A DNA stretch of 54,566 nt from a virus (taxonomy: Duplodnaviria > Caudoviricetes): IMG/VR virus record IMGVR_UViG_3300025168_000112, positions 1 to 54,566 of that record; one strand, written 5' to 3'. Below the pieces are notes generated by a model. The model was given only the letters and a program-made list of their open reading frames with translations. It was not told where the DNA came from and did no database searches. Both the position numbers and the translations under genes were made by a program. Positions 11,501 to 20,600 of this stretch are shown here, piece by piece; the stretch's first letter is position 1, and the number at the start of each line of letters is the position of its first letter.

Positions 11501-14500
11501 CTAGAAAATATTGTGAACTTATATTTTTGTTCTTGTTATCTATACTTGTTCCTAGTAGATTCTTATTATCTTTTTGTATATACTGAAACCAATTGAGTTG
11601 GCTAGTAGCAGTCTTAAGCTCATTAAGTTGCTTTTTATTAAGCTCTTTTCCTTCTTTCTTTTTCTTTTCTTGTAGGTCTATTAATCTTTCATATATTTCT
11701 AAACTTCTTTCATAGACAGTTTGGTCTATTTTAAATCCTATGTGAGCCCCCGCAGTTTTATGTAAGCCTGGCATAGAAATATCTGGCTTATATAAACCTT
11801 CTTCTGATTCCATAGAAGTAAAATCGTTCTCTAAAGAATCGTAATCTACCTCTTCTGTTTTTTTCCATTCTTCGGCTAGTGGAACTCTTACTAAAAGATC
11901 TCTAAATACCTGTATCTGTCTTAACCCAGAATAGGTTTTTTGGACATCTTTTATATTCTTTTTAAGCGCTTTTATATCTTTATTGACCTCTTTAAGTTCT
12001 GCAACCTGCTTGTCTATTGCCATTTGAATAGCCTCAACAGGTACCTTATTTACTTGAGAAGATTTGTCTTTCCACTTGCCCTCTACATCAAACACTTCTA
12101 CACCAGGATTGGACTTTACAATATCTTCTGCTATGTTTATTAATTTTTTAAGAGAGCCTATATGAGCTTTAAGATCTTTCTTATAAGCTTCAAGATCCTC
12201 TATAGCTTTCTCATGATCCTTAATAAGGTTTGCAGCTACTGATTGTACACCAAAATCTGTTGCTGTAAATCCTTCTTTTTCTGCTCTTTTTAAAAGTACT
12301 TCGTGTATAGCTTCAAACTCGGCAGGCATAAGTTCTGGATCAAGCTCATTTTTCATGAACATATCTAGAATCTGGATATTCTCACTTATTGTTCTATGCT
12401 GCTCAGGATAAGTCTCTTTTACAAACGTAGTATATTCGCTCTCTGCTACATCTACAAGCTCTTTTGCAGTTGCTATTTCTTTAATTAGCTGCTCTCTTGT
12501 AATAAACTTGTCGTTGTATTTAAACTTTTTTTGTTGAGGCTTCTTCTTAAGCTTTTCTACATAAGATTTCATACCTGTTAAAATCTCAATAGCCTCTTGA
12601 AGAGTTTCTTGCTTTTCAGTTAACTGATTATTTAGCTCTTGCATTTTTTCTAAGAGCTCTTGCTTGTAATAATCAATTACTTTTTTAAACTTTTTTACTC
12701 TTTTTTCAGATTTAGTTTTTTCTGTGTCAAACTTCTCTGTCTCCTCTTTTATCTTTTTTCTAAGATCATTTGCAGAGGCCTCCATTTGCTTATTATACTT
12801 CTCTCTTAAAGAAGGGTCTATAAGCGTTTGATATTTTTGAGCAAAATCAATTCTATCCGCCCTGAGTGCACGGATATCTTTCATCATTTTGCGAACTTCT
12901 TTTTTATGTTTAGCTGCTTTTTCTGGAAACTCTTTTTCCCAAGCAGTTACTTGCTCATCATTAGTTATGCTACCTGCTTCTTGTAAAAGATTGTATACCG
13001 GCTTAGATTGGTCTTCTATTTTTTCAAGTTCTGTTGTATAGCTTTTAAGATCTTTTAGCTGCTCATTTTCTACTTGTGTACGACTCCCTCCTTTAGCTTC
13101 TAGGTCTTCAATTCTTCTTCTAGACTCAACTATGTGCTCAAATACAGTGCTACCTACATTCATAGCACCTATTTGAAGAACTCTTTTAGTACCGTCACTG
13201 TTTTGGTATTCAATACTGCTTATTTCATTACTTATAGATACTACTTTACCTCCAGTAAGTTCAGCAAGTTTTGATATCATTGCCTCTTCTCTACGAACAT
13301 TCTCGTCCATCTTAGAAGCATAGTGTATAAGTTCTCTACGGACAGCTGCCATAGAGCCTGGTTTACCAAGCCCTATAACTTTATCCATATCATTTAATCT
13401 TAATCCTGAATCTACAAGCTCTTGGCTTTCTTTTATTGTTTTAAGCTTTTGTTTAATAGTGGTAGCTAAGTAAGCTCTCCTTTCAGCGAGATCTTCTTTT
13501 GTCATACCATCTTCATAATTATACATTTCTTTTAAAGCTTCATCAGATATTTCTGATAAGTCCTGCTCTATTTTAGTTTCTAAAGATTCAAAATCGTTAC
13601 TATCTATAGCTAGCATTGCAGCCTCCCAGAACTCGTCGTACTCAAAGTCTTTAGCTTTTTTTGTATCTCCGTTTTCAATTGCTGCATTAAGAGCTTCTTT
13701 AGTTTTAGCTATCTGCATCATCATCCATGCAGTTTGCTCCATTTTAGCCCCAAGAGAAGGATTTGCTTTTTTTATTCTTGCGTATTCATCTGCAAACTTT
13801 TTATTTACAGCTTCAAACTCTTGAATACCTTCCATCTGAGTAGATTGAGATGCAAGATCTCCTGTCCACCCTATACCTTTGTACCAGCCTGCTTTACCTC
13901 CTTGACCAGGCATACCAAGTGCAGCTGCTAAAGCACCGATAAGAATTTCTGTTTGGCCTTCTTTAGAACCATAAGACTCATCAAAACCTCTAGCAAAAGC
14001 ATCATGCCACTCACCTACAAGTTGTAAAGTTCCATTATCTCCTATACGACTCCTAAGAGCGTAGTCTTCTGATGCCCTAGCCATTACTCCTTGACCACCT
14101 TCCTCTACAAAACCTTCATAAAGAGATCTTTTTACCCAAGACCCAAGTCCTCTAGCGACTGTAATACCTTTATCTCCAAGTCCCGCTTTACCTAAAGCTT
14201 TGTGAATCATATCTCTTTTAGGTACTCCAGAAAATCCAAGAGCATCTTTAGCTTTTGTGTACAAGCTACTTTTTGCTGCAGATTTATTCATACGACTCAG
14301 CACTCCAGCCCCGTAAAGCCCTGGTAAGGTTATCATATTACCCACCCCTACAAGAAGTAAGTTACCTGCAAATTGAAAGTTTGATATAGAGGCCGCAGTT
14401 TCAAATATCTCTGCTCTCTCTTGAGGTGTTAAAAGGTTTCCTTTTTCTTCTATAGTTAAAGCTCTTCCTGCATCTTGTTCTCCTAGAGCTATTCTATCTC

Positions 14501-15494
14501 CAAAATTTTCTGTTAATAGTGTATTTAAAGCTACATCATATCCGTGTTTAGCTTCAATAGATGCTTCGTACCCTGCACCGGTCATTAACTGTCTACTTAT
14601 TTTTAAAGCATCAAGAGACTTTCTACTTTGAGCAACTTTCTTTCCTGCCTCTATTACTTTTCTAGGTACAGTTGCCCTTCCTACGCCTTTAAATACTTTA
14701 GTTGCTAGACGTGTTAAACGCATAGCATTACCTGTTGCGGCAGCACCTCCTACTGCAACAGTACCTGCTCCTGGTAAAGCACTACCTATAAGACCACCAA
14801 GACCTACTGCTGCAAGCTCAGTTAAAACTGCACCTGCAATAAAAGTAATTCCGTTTGCAAACTTATCTGCCCAAAAATTACCGTAGGCCATTTGACCAAA
14901 CAGGCTTGCTTCTTTTTCTTGTTGTGTATAATAGAAAGGAAGTTTTTCAGATAATTCATCATTAAGATAATCTAGCCCATCAAAGAGCTCATTATCCCAA
15001 ATGTTTCTTATTACTTCTGCCGCAGAATCGTCTTTATCTGTAAAAGGAGCTTCAGCTGCTTTGTATATGGTTTTTAATACACCATACCCTACACCACCTA
15101 TACCTCCTACTACATTTGTACCTACACCCCCAATAAATCTTGGTACAAAATTTCCGAACTTATCCCATCCAGTTTGATTCCTACCTCTTAATTCTTCAAG
15201 GTTATTAAGTTGATATGCACGGCTAGCGTTTTTATCATATTGAGACGATCCAAATTCTTCAGGTACATTTATTATCGGAGTTTCTACAGGAGAGGTTGCA
15301 TCTGCTTGAGACTGTATGTTTAAAATATCTAAAGGATTTTGTTCTAAAACAACCTCATCTTCTGAATATAAATTAGATATTACAGGGTCTGTCCCATTCT
15401 TTTTTTCAGGATCTGTATAAGGTAATGCAGAGTCATTAAATGTCTCATCTGCATATAAATTATTCAAGATATTATCGGAATTGCTATCTGACAT
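2514..15494 (-). CDS. Virion-packaged RNA polymerase polyprotein (crAss-type vRNAP) with N-terminal hydrophobic ejection-protein-like region and central zincin metalloprotease domain
   Basis: 4326 aa. Catalytic AGSDFDIDKL (DFDID at 5094-5108) preceded by GIRIPTDGIHS; other conserved-looking blocks KADGALYV, PPDKFQYMG, FLKMAIIP, GMKVG. HEAFH (9324-9338) plus downstream EEWAAEEF. Gly/Ala-rich hydrophobic stretches in the first ~550 aa. Confidence 0.93.
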   Translation of the reverse strand: MSDSNSDNILNNLYADETFNDSALPYTDPEKKNGTDPVISNLYSEDEVVLEQNPLDILNIQSQADATSPVETPIINVPEEFGSSQYDKNASRAYQLNNLEELRGRNQTGWDKFGNFVPRFIGGVGTNVVGGIGGVGYGVLKTIYKAAEAPFTDKDDSAAEVIRNIWDNELFDGLDYLNDELSEKLPFYYTQQEKEASLFGQMAYGNFWADKFANGITFIAGAVLTELAAVGLGGLIGSALPGAGTVAVGGAAATGNAMRLTRLATKVFKGVGRATVPRKVIEAGKKVAQSRKSLDALKISRQLMTGAGYEASIEAKHGYDVALNTLLTENFGDRIALGEQDAGRALTIEEKGNLLTPQERAEIFETAASISNFQFAGNLLLVGVGNMITLPGLYGAGVLSRMNKSAAKSSLYTKAKDALGFSGVPKRDMIHKALGKAGLGDKGITVARGLGSWVKRSLYEGFVEEGGQGVMARASEDYALRSRIGDNGTLQLVGEWHDAFARGFDESYGSKEGQTEILIGALAAALGMPGQGGKAGWYKGIGWTGDLASQSTQMEGIQEFEAVNKKFADEYARIKKANPSLGAKMEQTAWMMMQIAKTKEALNAAIENGDTKKAKDFEYDEFWEAAMLAIDSNDFESLETKIEQDLSEISDEALKEMYNYEDGMTKEDLAERRAYLATTIKQKLKTIKESQELVDSGLRLNDMDKVIGLGKPGSMAAVRRELIHYASKMDENVRREEAMISKLAELTGGKVVSISNEISSIEYQNSDGTKRVLQIGAMNVGSTVFEHIVESRRRIEDLEAKGGSRTQVENEQLKDLKSYTTELEKIEDQSKPVYNLLQEAGSITNDEQVTAWEKEFPEKAAKHKKEVRKMMKDIRALRADRIDFAQKYQTLIDPSLREKYNKQMEASANDLRKKIKEETEKFDTEKTKSEKRVKKFKKVIDYYKQELLEKMQELNNQLTEKQETLQEAIEILTGMKSYVEKLKKKPQQKKFKYNDKFITREQLIKEIATAKELVDVAESEYTTFVKETYPEQHRTISENIQILDMFMKNELDPELMPAEFEAIHEVLLKRAEKEGFTATDFGVQSVAANLIKDHEKAIEDLEAYKKDLKAHIGSLKKLINIAEDIVKSNPGVEVFDVEGKWKDKSSQVNKVPVEAIQMAIDKQVAELKEVNKDIKALKKNIKDVQKTYSGLRQIQVFRDLLVRVPLAEEWKKTEEVDYDSLENDFTSMESEEGLYKPDISMPGLHKTAGAHIGFKIDQTVYERSLEIYERLIDLQEKKKKEGKELNKKQLNELKTATSQLNWFQYIQKDNKNLLGTSIDNKNKNISSQYFLAFISEDTVVPEDVAADLEGTWYHQNNKDAKYKDIKVALVRKVRNATTGKISIQFVRDGETKGAVFTSIEDPTVKNKRGENKFTNKIDNLSKSEIEDIQKEYNNDIRKKINDTNQLLIAPITGKSPGTILLDRGEENYASDSIMSTNLENVKIAVGKVIKNTDPNAEGEYKYDTIKFIKKANSVMVRPGQIVAYDHVRHMPIFMRRSELGETKAVQVQRLFKLLLKEFAAAKESGLSNVDALKKAERFSLEYGNESVTLRAQIRSMVHILNAEDSKFRLAYRLKDNDLVVYFKEMDEYATLEDMEENTEKGEELLEFLKTKRHNVRGTLLKDSVKRTQFSNKNSKTKKTTKGYGNRYKNNAKSKYINVVLNKDLTISQTKSSEHPNYNHFLLSKDTSGEAPLYTEARPLKEVSFTNPRAGGGYLVYGKTLMSTATFDIEDQAAPGGQAVFSDIEGEDEFDPEDTSDDIGDDPTAGSSSELDDLENALSGIDPEEDPGEDPEVGDTVELGVDPDPNAPFADKDFYEKHRKNKKKKEASEKKAEEEAEDPPVDPNEEIEGFFEGLSGSGTLEATHKKLGYTDTIKPEDIWAEKQDDEIWFKVTVKGGDTLGYYDSADKNFLANSSFNFDSDIVENWLNQTLDESEDTDKDLFNLLEDQAKALEELLSSYSKDTQTEIQRALKMTSLEIATSEAALDSLDGKAVAQLVSFGKVVLSELAPSGAIFHEAFHNVSLYVLSPKDSKTLYKKIREIPGETVTYKGETKKMSDLTNKEAEEWAAEEFRKYILMGKDYKFGEGTVTDTRNIIQKFFDVIKSVLRRLFRLNENFEFDSSITSIEGLFESIDKGKFAKAKRHQGRSDAGVYNMLQSIEGWNDVYTNDMISSISVELGGLIDKTFRYGGKAYKVELGELYTGDIFNTPLGKKSLNALYLKGISNLREKLITLENELDRFSERKPAITETLDRIGRSSNEKKETVKQAIRAHYGYLTDIGLVKEEGVEIDEETLTSKDWVDELDALTISPSKSASGLIKLIFSMFEDPNTVNSTGLNGAYNMSTTLKSAQNLLAGSTSFANQIKKLKQNKDKFPWAADLVKRIDINPEGKTYSQIAPRIAFAVHMAQVKLDVSIASVEPNGRIYTMDPAKEGALKKISYNWTSRLKNFGAQTNKKSNHVTLDKDGKILINKSAKFNFVSPKGTLIETTMTGLFNRAKKSNDVATIIALYKPLGIEFTDPKEVEKIFTFNEDLERAALEKSFPNAFEEEIVYMLEEKEEEINQAFLGFKKDQEWIIDDIISRKESFATIFSRDKSGAVTRARALADIELRTGNSEVEFQYLNSEGNMEYSIIRNHYISALTNFEYTDLIEYFNPVSNPFASNSLAIEAWRGGNKIDIINMGGLRADILGETGQKISRLSSNDVVTMHLNAILDGISILPRAADQVTEFGVRLPIEMPTKVNQGMSIFLNYLKDEIAATAIGIEAGKNTSKYKDNIKKLRFFDSILTDSRGIVQDLLSTPRLLKQIRKEIMFSSKKSTSEVPGESDYLEAFMIENEAAFAKDITARLNVDIAKLDSFLVEKGLLQKENESGTRVPYALSSELFQENANEDPDFSDKNINDVLEEIVVKQFIGKTEIFKMFLGDPAFYSDMFKRIKGAVGTKTLMDLSPEILKWIDDTPGLHRADGKIDLLAIKEPMARMSEEIIEMYSEQVTPDVLEQWKKPIEKADGALYVDLPTYRLLKITSDQWDNNRESQFSKSMGGISSSYEEVEGATFPPDKFQYMGPFLTDLGPAMGFLKMAIIPISRDMERFNGVEYPNIKKALDYMEENGVGGFVIPTGMKVGGAVETSQVSYGIENGAYEEMEFEDPVKGSRMTFDLRFMGSQLEISPSFKNKATRPTQQAVHISSDLYEDGVAVSEEALEKESEYQSLMSAATKNAFTDMLAELDIQPTIEDGVRGYMLSEQSYELILDKLENQGIEKDLGKSILSGVTYLKEKGGAFKFDFFVDRHRMESMFLSGIGSQIIKPKVAGEMLVNTPDLFYEVKKIGDVVASNELKFYENSDGRWAMQVRVAHRFKELLGKNVKIINGKIVGRGITVEGSEELLKMIGIRIPTDGIHSIEVIEVVDFLPQSAGPRINVPAGLVTKAGSDFDIDKLTALFKNYRAYTDEQTGGVILRPDEFYDTVEKWFSSTQQRIGKKLKDFEEIFERGLERNLKDEKELNDFLAQFKEDPLLAKEFTDFLERDLEMDMESLSLERNLSKEEALEMWGDVLDSAEEFFNLGKDFVTPKLFADWRIENPTLTKYDINTKQAVHNKTLDVVADLLSMKGREKEFLRPVNTNSYESLAEEIQSLYENKDNEELPDLQVVKDYHEETTLPHIFKITDAFYSGAKDVGISALASTHQVKGQKAGLRLDLNKSIKLVNGNFLNSLGIYFNYDEFKKEKNSEGEFIGDSTISLSRISDVLNNRRVTDSISQFVNLAVDTVNTPIIHILNLGPELAPAALVLLRAGVPLESIVYFMNQPIVRDYIENRKTASSRVYQALGMEEYPADTITKLRRAYKTDSDISSPENKPYLSDTELKQMIGGIETPTKEGDLSIEDQNAYQLHILDDLLMYLELGDRMTTVIAAQSYDTKLPKTRAAMALTNRAYEKVMAEGIFPNAEKITEGDNSFLKEMRNYTLVASEVFGDLFVNNNQIKSFNNAYAMKVEELTHTENRQPLDLKVKSLERLEQFFTSLILQRVPNEDGIAINDRSQTLLFGEKSAAVTVSKIINSPKHPLRNNVFLNSLLPVVQEERKSVKGKIVENDFIQPEFKAVNIYDMAAMYDSYQEIVAYDAKKNTTLAKDLFDVAILQAGTMNTPFSFLDKLPGDQFAEISSKLYSRYLKTPDALKFSSELLLSLFHANMLKFPNMVEFTKPKSPKNMRLMYAKRYSDFQQDREFGMARKQRDIALYQNLIFTRDLITGEINSGESTGVVKIETTGYDSMSYLNTKSDFIVYNKKVESSETDPIDPTECP

Positions 15495-15514
15495 ACTACT
15501 TGCAATTAAAGATT

Positions 15515-17617
15515 TTAATTAAATACTGTACTTCTTACCGGCTTTTGTTCATCAAACAATGACCCTAAAGTAGTGCCTCTATTAGCATTTACCATATTAT
15601 AAGTTGCCGATTTAGATAAGAAGTCTACCCAAAACATTCCTTCAAGTTTTCTAGTGTTTCCTGCACCATCAGAAATTGAAATTACTTTTCCAGTCTCATC
15701 TGTAAGAGCTGGTACAATTTGATATTCACATGCAGGACATGCTTTCATCATTTTATTTCTAACCCAATAACTCTTAGGAGCTTTTGCAGGATCCATTCCT
15801 ACTAAAGTATTTAAAAACTCAGATGCTTCTCTACCAGTTAATTCTGTACCACCGCCTGCTTGAAGGTCTTTATTTGAAAGCTGTTTGTAAATACTTTGTA
15901 CAATATTAAACCCTTTGGTCTGCTGTACATAAGGTGCAGCATATAAAGTGTGACTCCCCTCTCCTGGTATTGGTAAATCTACTCTAAATGCTCCTGCATC
16001 TTTACCAGCTTTGTTAAAAGTATAATTAGGTATAAAATCGTTTGACCCATCATTGTATTTTCCAGAGGTAAGCATAGCCATTATTTCATTTTTTATAGCA
16101 CCTTCTCCATGAAACGGCGTCGTAACCTCTTCGTCTATAGCGTTGGCTAATGCATCAAGTTCACTACTTTTTCCTAAATCATATCTTTTACCCTTGTAAG
16201 TTACAGGGCCTGCAAAAATTTCTTTTCCTACTTTATTAAGCATCAATTCTTCTTGAGCAGCATTAAATGCATATGTAAAGTCACCAGGAGAACTTCGTAA
16301 AGCCTGCCAGTAAGCTTCTGCATACGCTCTATCGGTCATACCTGCAAAAGCAGGCGCTGTCCTCGTATCCTGTGTCATCATCCAATTAGTTATAAGGCCT
16401 CTATTATTACCTATTTGCTCTTTAGACAGATTACCAATACCTCCTGAATCTTTAAGAATTTTATCTATTCTTATTTTATCAGCATCTGTAATATCTTTTA
16501 CTTCTGAGTTAGGTCCGTAATCAAAGATATAATTACCCGCGCTAGACTGCTTTTTGTTAAATCTAGATTTATTATTTGATGCCCCAGCTGTATCAAACAT
16601 GTCATCTAAGAACTCAAACTTATCTCCTACAGCTAATTGTATATCAGATGGTACAAATCCCCAATCTCTTTCTAAAGGTGGAGCTGCAGGTGGGGGTGGT
16701 GGATCTTGTTTAAGTGCATGAAGTCTTCTTTGGTTAGAAATATAATTAAGCTTTTCTCCTATCTGAGGTGCTGCTGATTGTGCAAGTAATCTTTCAATTT
16801 CAGATTCAGCCATATCAGGTGTATATAACTCGTTAGTTCCTGGAAAAAGAGTATGCTCTGTAAGAAGATCCATATGCTGCATTCCCTCTGGAGTATTTAA
16901 GTATACATCTTTAATTGCTTCTGCAACTAATGCAACTTTTTTATCTGATACAGCATCCCCTTCCATTAAATACATTTTAATATCAGCTATAGTTGCACCG
17001 CTTAATCCTGGTAATTGCCTTACTTTTTGTAGTAATACAGCATTAGTTTCGATATTAGACATTAAGGTTTGCATCTTTGCACCGTAATCCATTACAGGCT
17101 GTACATTAGGTATTAGAGCTCCTTGCTGTTCATATGACCATGTATCAAAAAGATGTTCTGTTTCAGGAACTATACGACCATCAGGAAGTGTTTTTGTAAT
17201 TACTTCATTTGTAATAGGATCTCTAGCAACTATTTCATTACCGTCTATTACTTCTTTACCATTTGCACGAGAGGTAGCTTTATCAGACCTCATTTTTTTA
17301 TAAATTTCGGCATTTTCTAAAGCACCGGCAAGATTAGTATCTCCTGCTAATCTGTTACTCATTTGAAATATAGTATCATTTAATCCTTCAAAACTAAGAT
17401 CCCCTTGGAACATATCTTCTATGTCTTGTTGAGCGTTATATTTTAAATACTCATCTCCTGGGTTTACTCTTATACTATCTAAAAGATTTTTTTGATCATA
17501 GTATTTCTGTTGATTAGCATCGTACCTATCCCTCCTAAGAGTAGCTGCATTCTTTAAAGGGCTAAGATCAAACTCCATACCCTCATAAGGTTTAAAAAAA
17601 TCGTATTGCTCTGCCAT
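15515..17617 (-). CDS. Putative internal virion (cargo/ejection) protein
   Basis: 700 aa ORF between the cargo gene and vRNAP, the position of ejection proteins in crAss-like phages. No catalytic motif recognised. Confidence 0.6.
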   Translation of the reverse strand: MAEQYDFFKPYEGMEFDLSPLKNAATLRRDRYDANQQKYYDQKNLLDSIRVNPGDEYLKYNAQQDIEDMFQGDLSFEGLNDTIFQMSNRLAGDTNLAGALENAEIYKKMRSDKATSRANGKEVIDGNEIVARDPITNEVITKTLPDGRIVPETEHLFDTWSYEQQGALIPNVQPVMDYGAKMQTLMSNIETNAVLLQKVRQLPGLSGATIADIKMYLMEGDAVSDKKVALVAEAIKDVYLNTPEGMQHMDLLTEHTLFPGTNELYTPDMAESEIERLLAQSAAPQIGEKLNYISNQRRLHALKQDPPPPPAAPPLERDWGFVPSDIQLAVGDKFEFLDDMFDTAGASNNKSRFNKKQSSAGNYIFDYGPNSEVKDITDADKIRIDKILKDSGGIGNLSKEQIGNNRGLITNWMMTQDTRTAPAFAGMTDRAYAEAYWQALRSSPGDFTYAFNAAQEELMLNKVGKEIFAGPVTYKGKRYDLGKSSELDALANAIDEEVTTPFHGEGAIKNEIMAMLTSGKYNDGSNDFIPNYTFNKAGKDAGAFRVDLPIPGEGSHTLYAAPYVQQTKGFNIVQSIYKQLSNKDLQAGGGTELTGREASEFLNTLVGMDPAKAPKSYWVRNKMMKACPACEYQIVPALTDETGKVISISDGAGNTRKLEGMFWVDFLSKSATYNMVNANRGTTLGSLFDEQKPVRSTVFN

Positions 17618-17630
17618 AAGTTCTATCTAT

Positions 17631-20600
17631 TTATAACCCGTGCTTTTCATTATAATCTGCTCGAGCTTTATTTACCGCTTTATCTTCATCTTCTTTCGAA
17701 ATAGTAGGATTTTTAGCTTTTATTTGCTGTCTAGCTAAAACTTCACTAAATCCAGCGCCTCTTTCATTAGTTCCGGCTCCCTCTCCAATAGCTCTTATTT
17801 CTTGTTTATTTATACCTGTCTGAATTATATTTTTTACTCCTGTAAGTATAGGGTCTATTGTAGCTTGTCTACGCTGTCTTAAGAATGCGTCTTGTGCTCT
17901 ATCTTCGTTTTCAAGTCTTACGTTATACCTGTCAATAACAGCTGCATTTTCTCTATCTGCAGAAAATTTGTTTTTAGCATTTTCAGTATTTTCACTAATA
18001 GATGCAGCTAAATTAACTCTATTTGCTTCTGCCCGTACTTTATTATCTGCGGATATTTTATCGTTATATGCTAGCTGTGCAGAAGCTTCAAGTCCTGTAC
18101 CATAACCTTTTTGTTCGCTTTCTTTAAACCTTTTTACATAGTTCCTTTGGTTTTCAGCTAACCCTTCTCTAGGACTAACACGATCGTTTCTAATTCTATC
18201 TGCTTTTATTATTTGAGGTTTTCTAATTTCAACATCTTCTCTTTCAGTTAAGCCTGCTGTTATAGATGCCCCTATAGCTGCTGCTCCTTGTATCCATGGT
18301 ATATGTCCACCTGAATTTGTCCAACGTTTAAACCCAGATACCTCTCCTGTCCCTCTTTTATATTTAGGAAGAGACCCTCCGTATTTTGCTATATTCAAAG
18401 TTTTAGGATACTCTTTGTCTCCGGGTTTTGCAGGACTTTCTCCCCTAGCTCTTTTAGCATGTATATTAGCCCACAGCCCTGGTCGTCCTCCTTTTCCATA
18501 TTCCATCATTCCCCCATACTTTCCCATTGGCACATCAGGTGGTGCCATCATATCTTTTGACTCTTGAGGATTACCAGCACGTCCTGCTAGTTTTTCTTGT
18601 AGCATCTTAAGTTGGTCTATTTCCTGTGGAGTAGCACCGTTTTTTACAGCTGTTGCATATAGTTGAGCCATTGATCTTCCTTTATAAGTAAGATGATCAG
18701 ACCATACATAATCTCCTTCATTTAAAACTTCTGGTACACCACCTTTTTCATGTGTAGCTCCTACAACAAGTTCATCTGGTCCACCGTCTCGCATAATAAT
18801 TTCATCCTTCTCAACCTCTGCATTAGCTCTAGGTCTAGTAACTCCTTTTGTTACAGACATTCCCCCGTATCTATATTGAGGTAGGTATCCTCCTTTTCTA
18901 TATAAGTCTTTCATAGTTCCTCCATATTTTGCCTCACCCATATTGTATTCAGCCTTTTCTTGAAGACCTCTTGGAGTTGCAATTCCACCTTCAACACTCC
19001 TAAGAGACTGTTCTTTACGTCCCATAAAGTTTTTAGCTGAAGTCCCACCTTTTGAAGTGGCTCTTTCTCTTGCAAGTTGTTTTTGTTCGCTTTTGTATTG
19101 TTCTGAGTCAGCTGCGGCATCTGCTGCATCGAAAAATTTTCCAACTCCAATCATACTTAATGCTGCCCTACCGTAATCTCCTTTAGCTGCATGATCAGCT
19201 ACACTCTCATAAAATGGAGTTGTTAAAGAACCTACAGCTGCTGCTGCTTCACTATCATAAACACTTACTTTTTCACCGCTTTTTAATCTTCTTTCTTCTT
19301 CTCCCAGAAGAGATCGAACTCCGCCCAGTGCCTGGTCAATTACACCAAAAACAGGAACAGCAGCTCCAATTGCAGCACCTACACCTTCTGATACACCTTC
19401 TGCTACTTGCTCTGATTTAAGCTGATTAGCGTCAAGATTATTTGCTCCTTGACTATAACTGTAAGGATTTTCTTGTTGAACTGCGTTCATCTCAGGAGCA
19501 TAAGACATTTCTCCTCCTGTTTGTTTTTTAGGTAAACCCGTTGTATTTCTCATATACTCATACAGATTATATTTGCTCACCCCTCCATTTGGGTTTAGTG
19601 CATTTGCACGTCCAGCTTCTATTTGAGGATTCCCACTTGGCACGTATTTAGGCTGAGTAGGATCTTGTGTAATAGCAATTTTTTCGTTTTCTGTAAAAAA
19701 TCCTGTCTTATCAAAAGCATTTGTTTTTTTCCAAGGCATTTCTCTATTTATAGAGGGGCTTGTATCATATGGGTTAGGCGTACCTTGTTGATATTTTGGT
19801 AATTCACCTCCCATTTCATATGTAGGAGCACCATATGTATAACCACTACTGTATCTTGAGTTTTCTAGTCCAGCTGCTTTATTTTTTGCATTAAGAAGAT
19901 CATAACTAAAGTTGTTTTGTTTTGCGTTTTTAAACGCTTTCATTTCATCATTTGCATTTTTAATGTTGCCTGCTACTTCCATACCAAAACCCACTGCTTG
20001 TAGAGCCGCGTTTCCAAAAGATTTACCTGCCCCTTTACCTGCCCCTTTATCGGCTCCACCAAATAAAGATGTTGAATTTTCTGTAACTACATTATCAGAT
20101 CTTAAGCCGTGTAAATACGTTGGTTTTTCTCCTGGAGGACCTTGCCAGGAGCCATAACCGTATTTAGGCAAACCGTCTTCTCTAGTCCCTCCGTATCTAT
20201 TTAAACTTACTGGAAATGTTTTTGAAGGTTGATACATTTTTTTTTCAAACTTAAAATCAAAAGAAGGGTTACCGGCCATTTCATTATTATATATAGCATC
20301 CTTTAGTTCGATTACATTTGGACTCATGCTAGTAGATGTATAAGGTCTAAATACATCTTTACTAGCTTGAACTGCACCTCTAGGATTTAATTCATTTACC
20401 CGTCTTTGATAGTCTTCTATATTAGCTTCATTCTTTGCTATTTCTCTACTAATGCGTTCTTCTGGAAATTCTTTTCTTACCTCTCTTTCAATGTATTCGG
20501 ATGCCATTTCATCTGACAAGCCTTCCATACCTGAAGCCCTCCATGCAGCCCTGTCTTTAGAGTCTAGTACCTCTCTAAGATTTTTATCTGGTAAATTATA

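Noticed and set aside
20022-20048. 12-bp tandem repeat (tttacctgcccc) encoding KGAG KGAG
   Set aside because: Only about two copies, in frame; ordinary slippage in a low-complexity segment, not a CRISPR or regulatory array.
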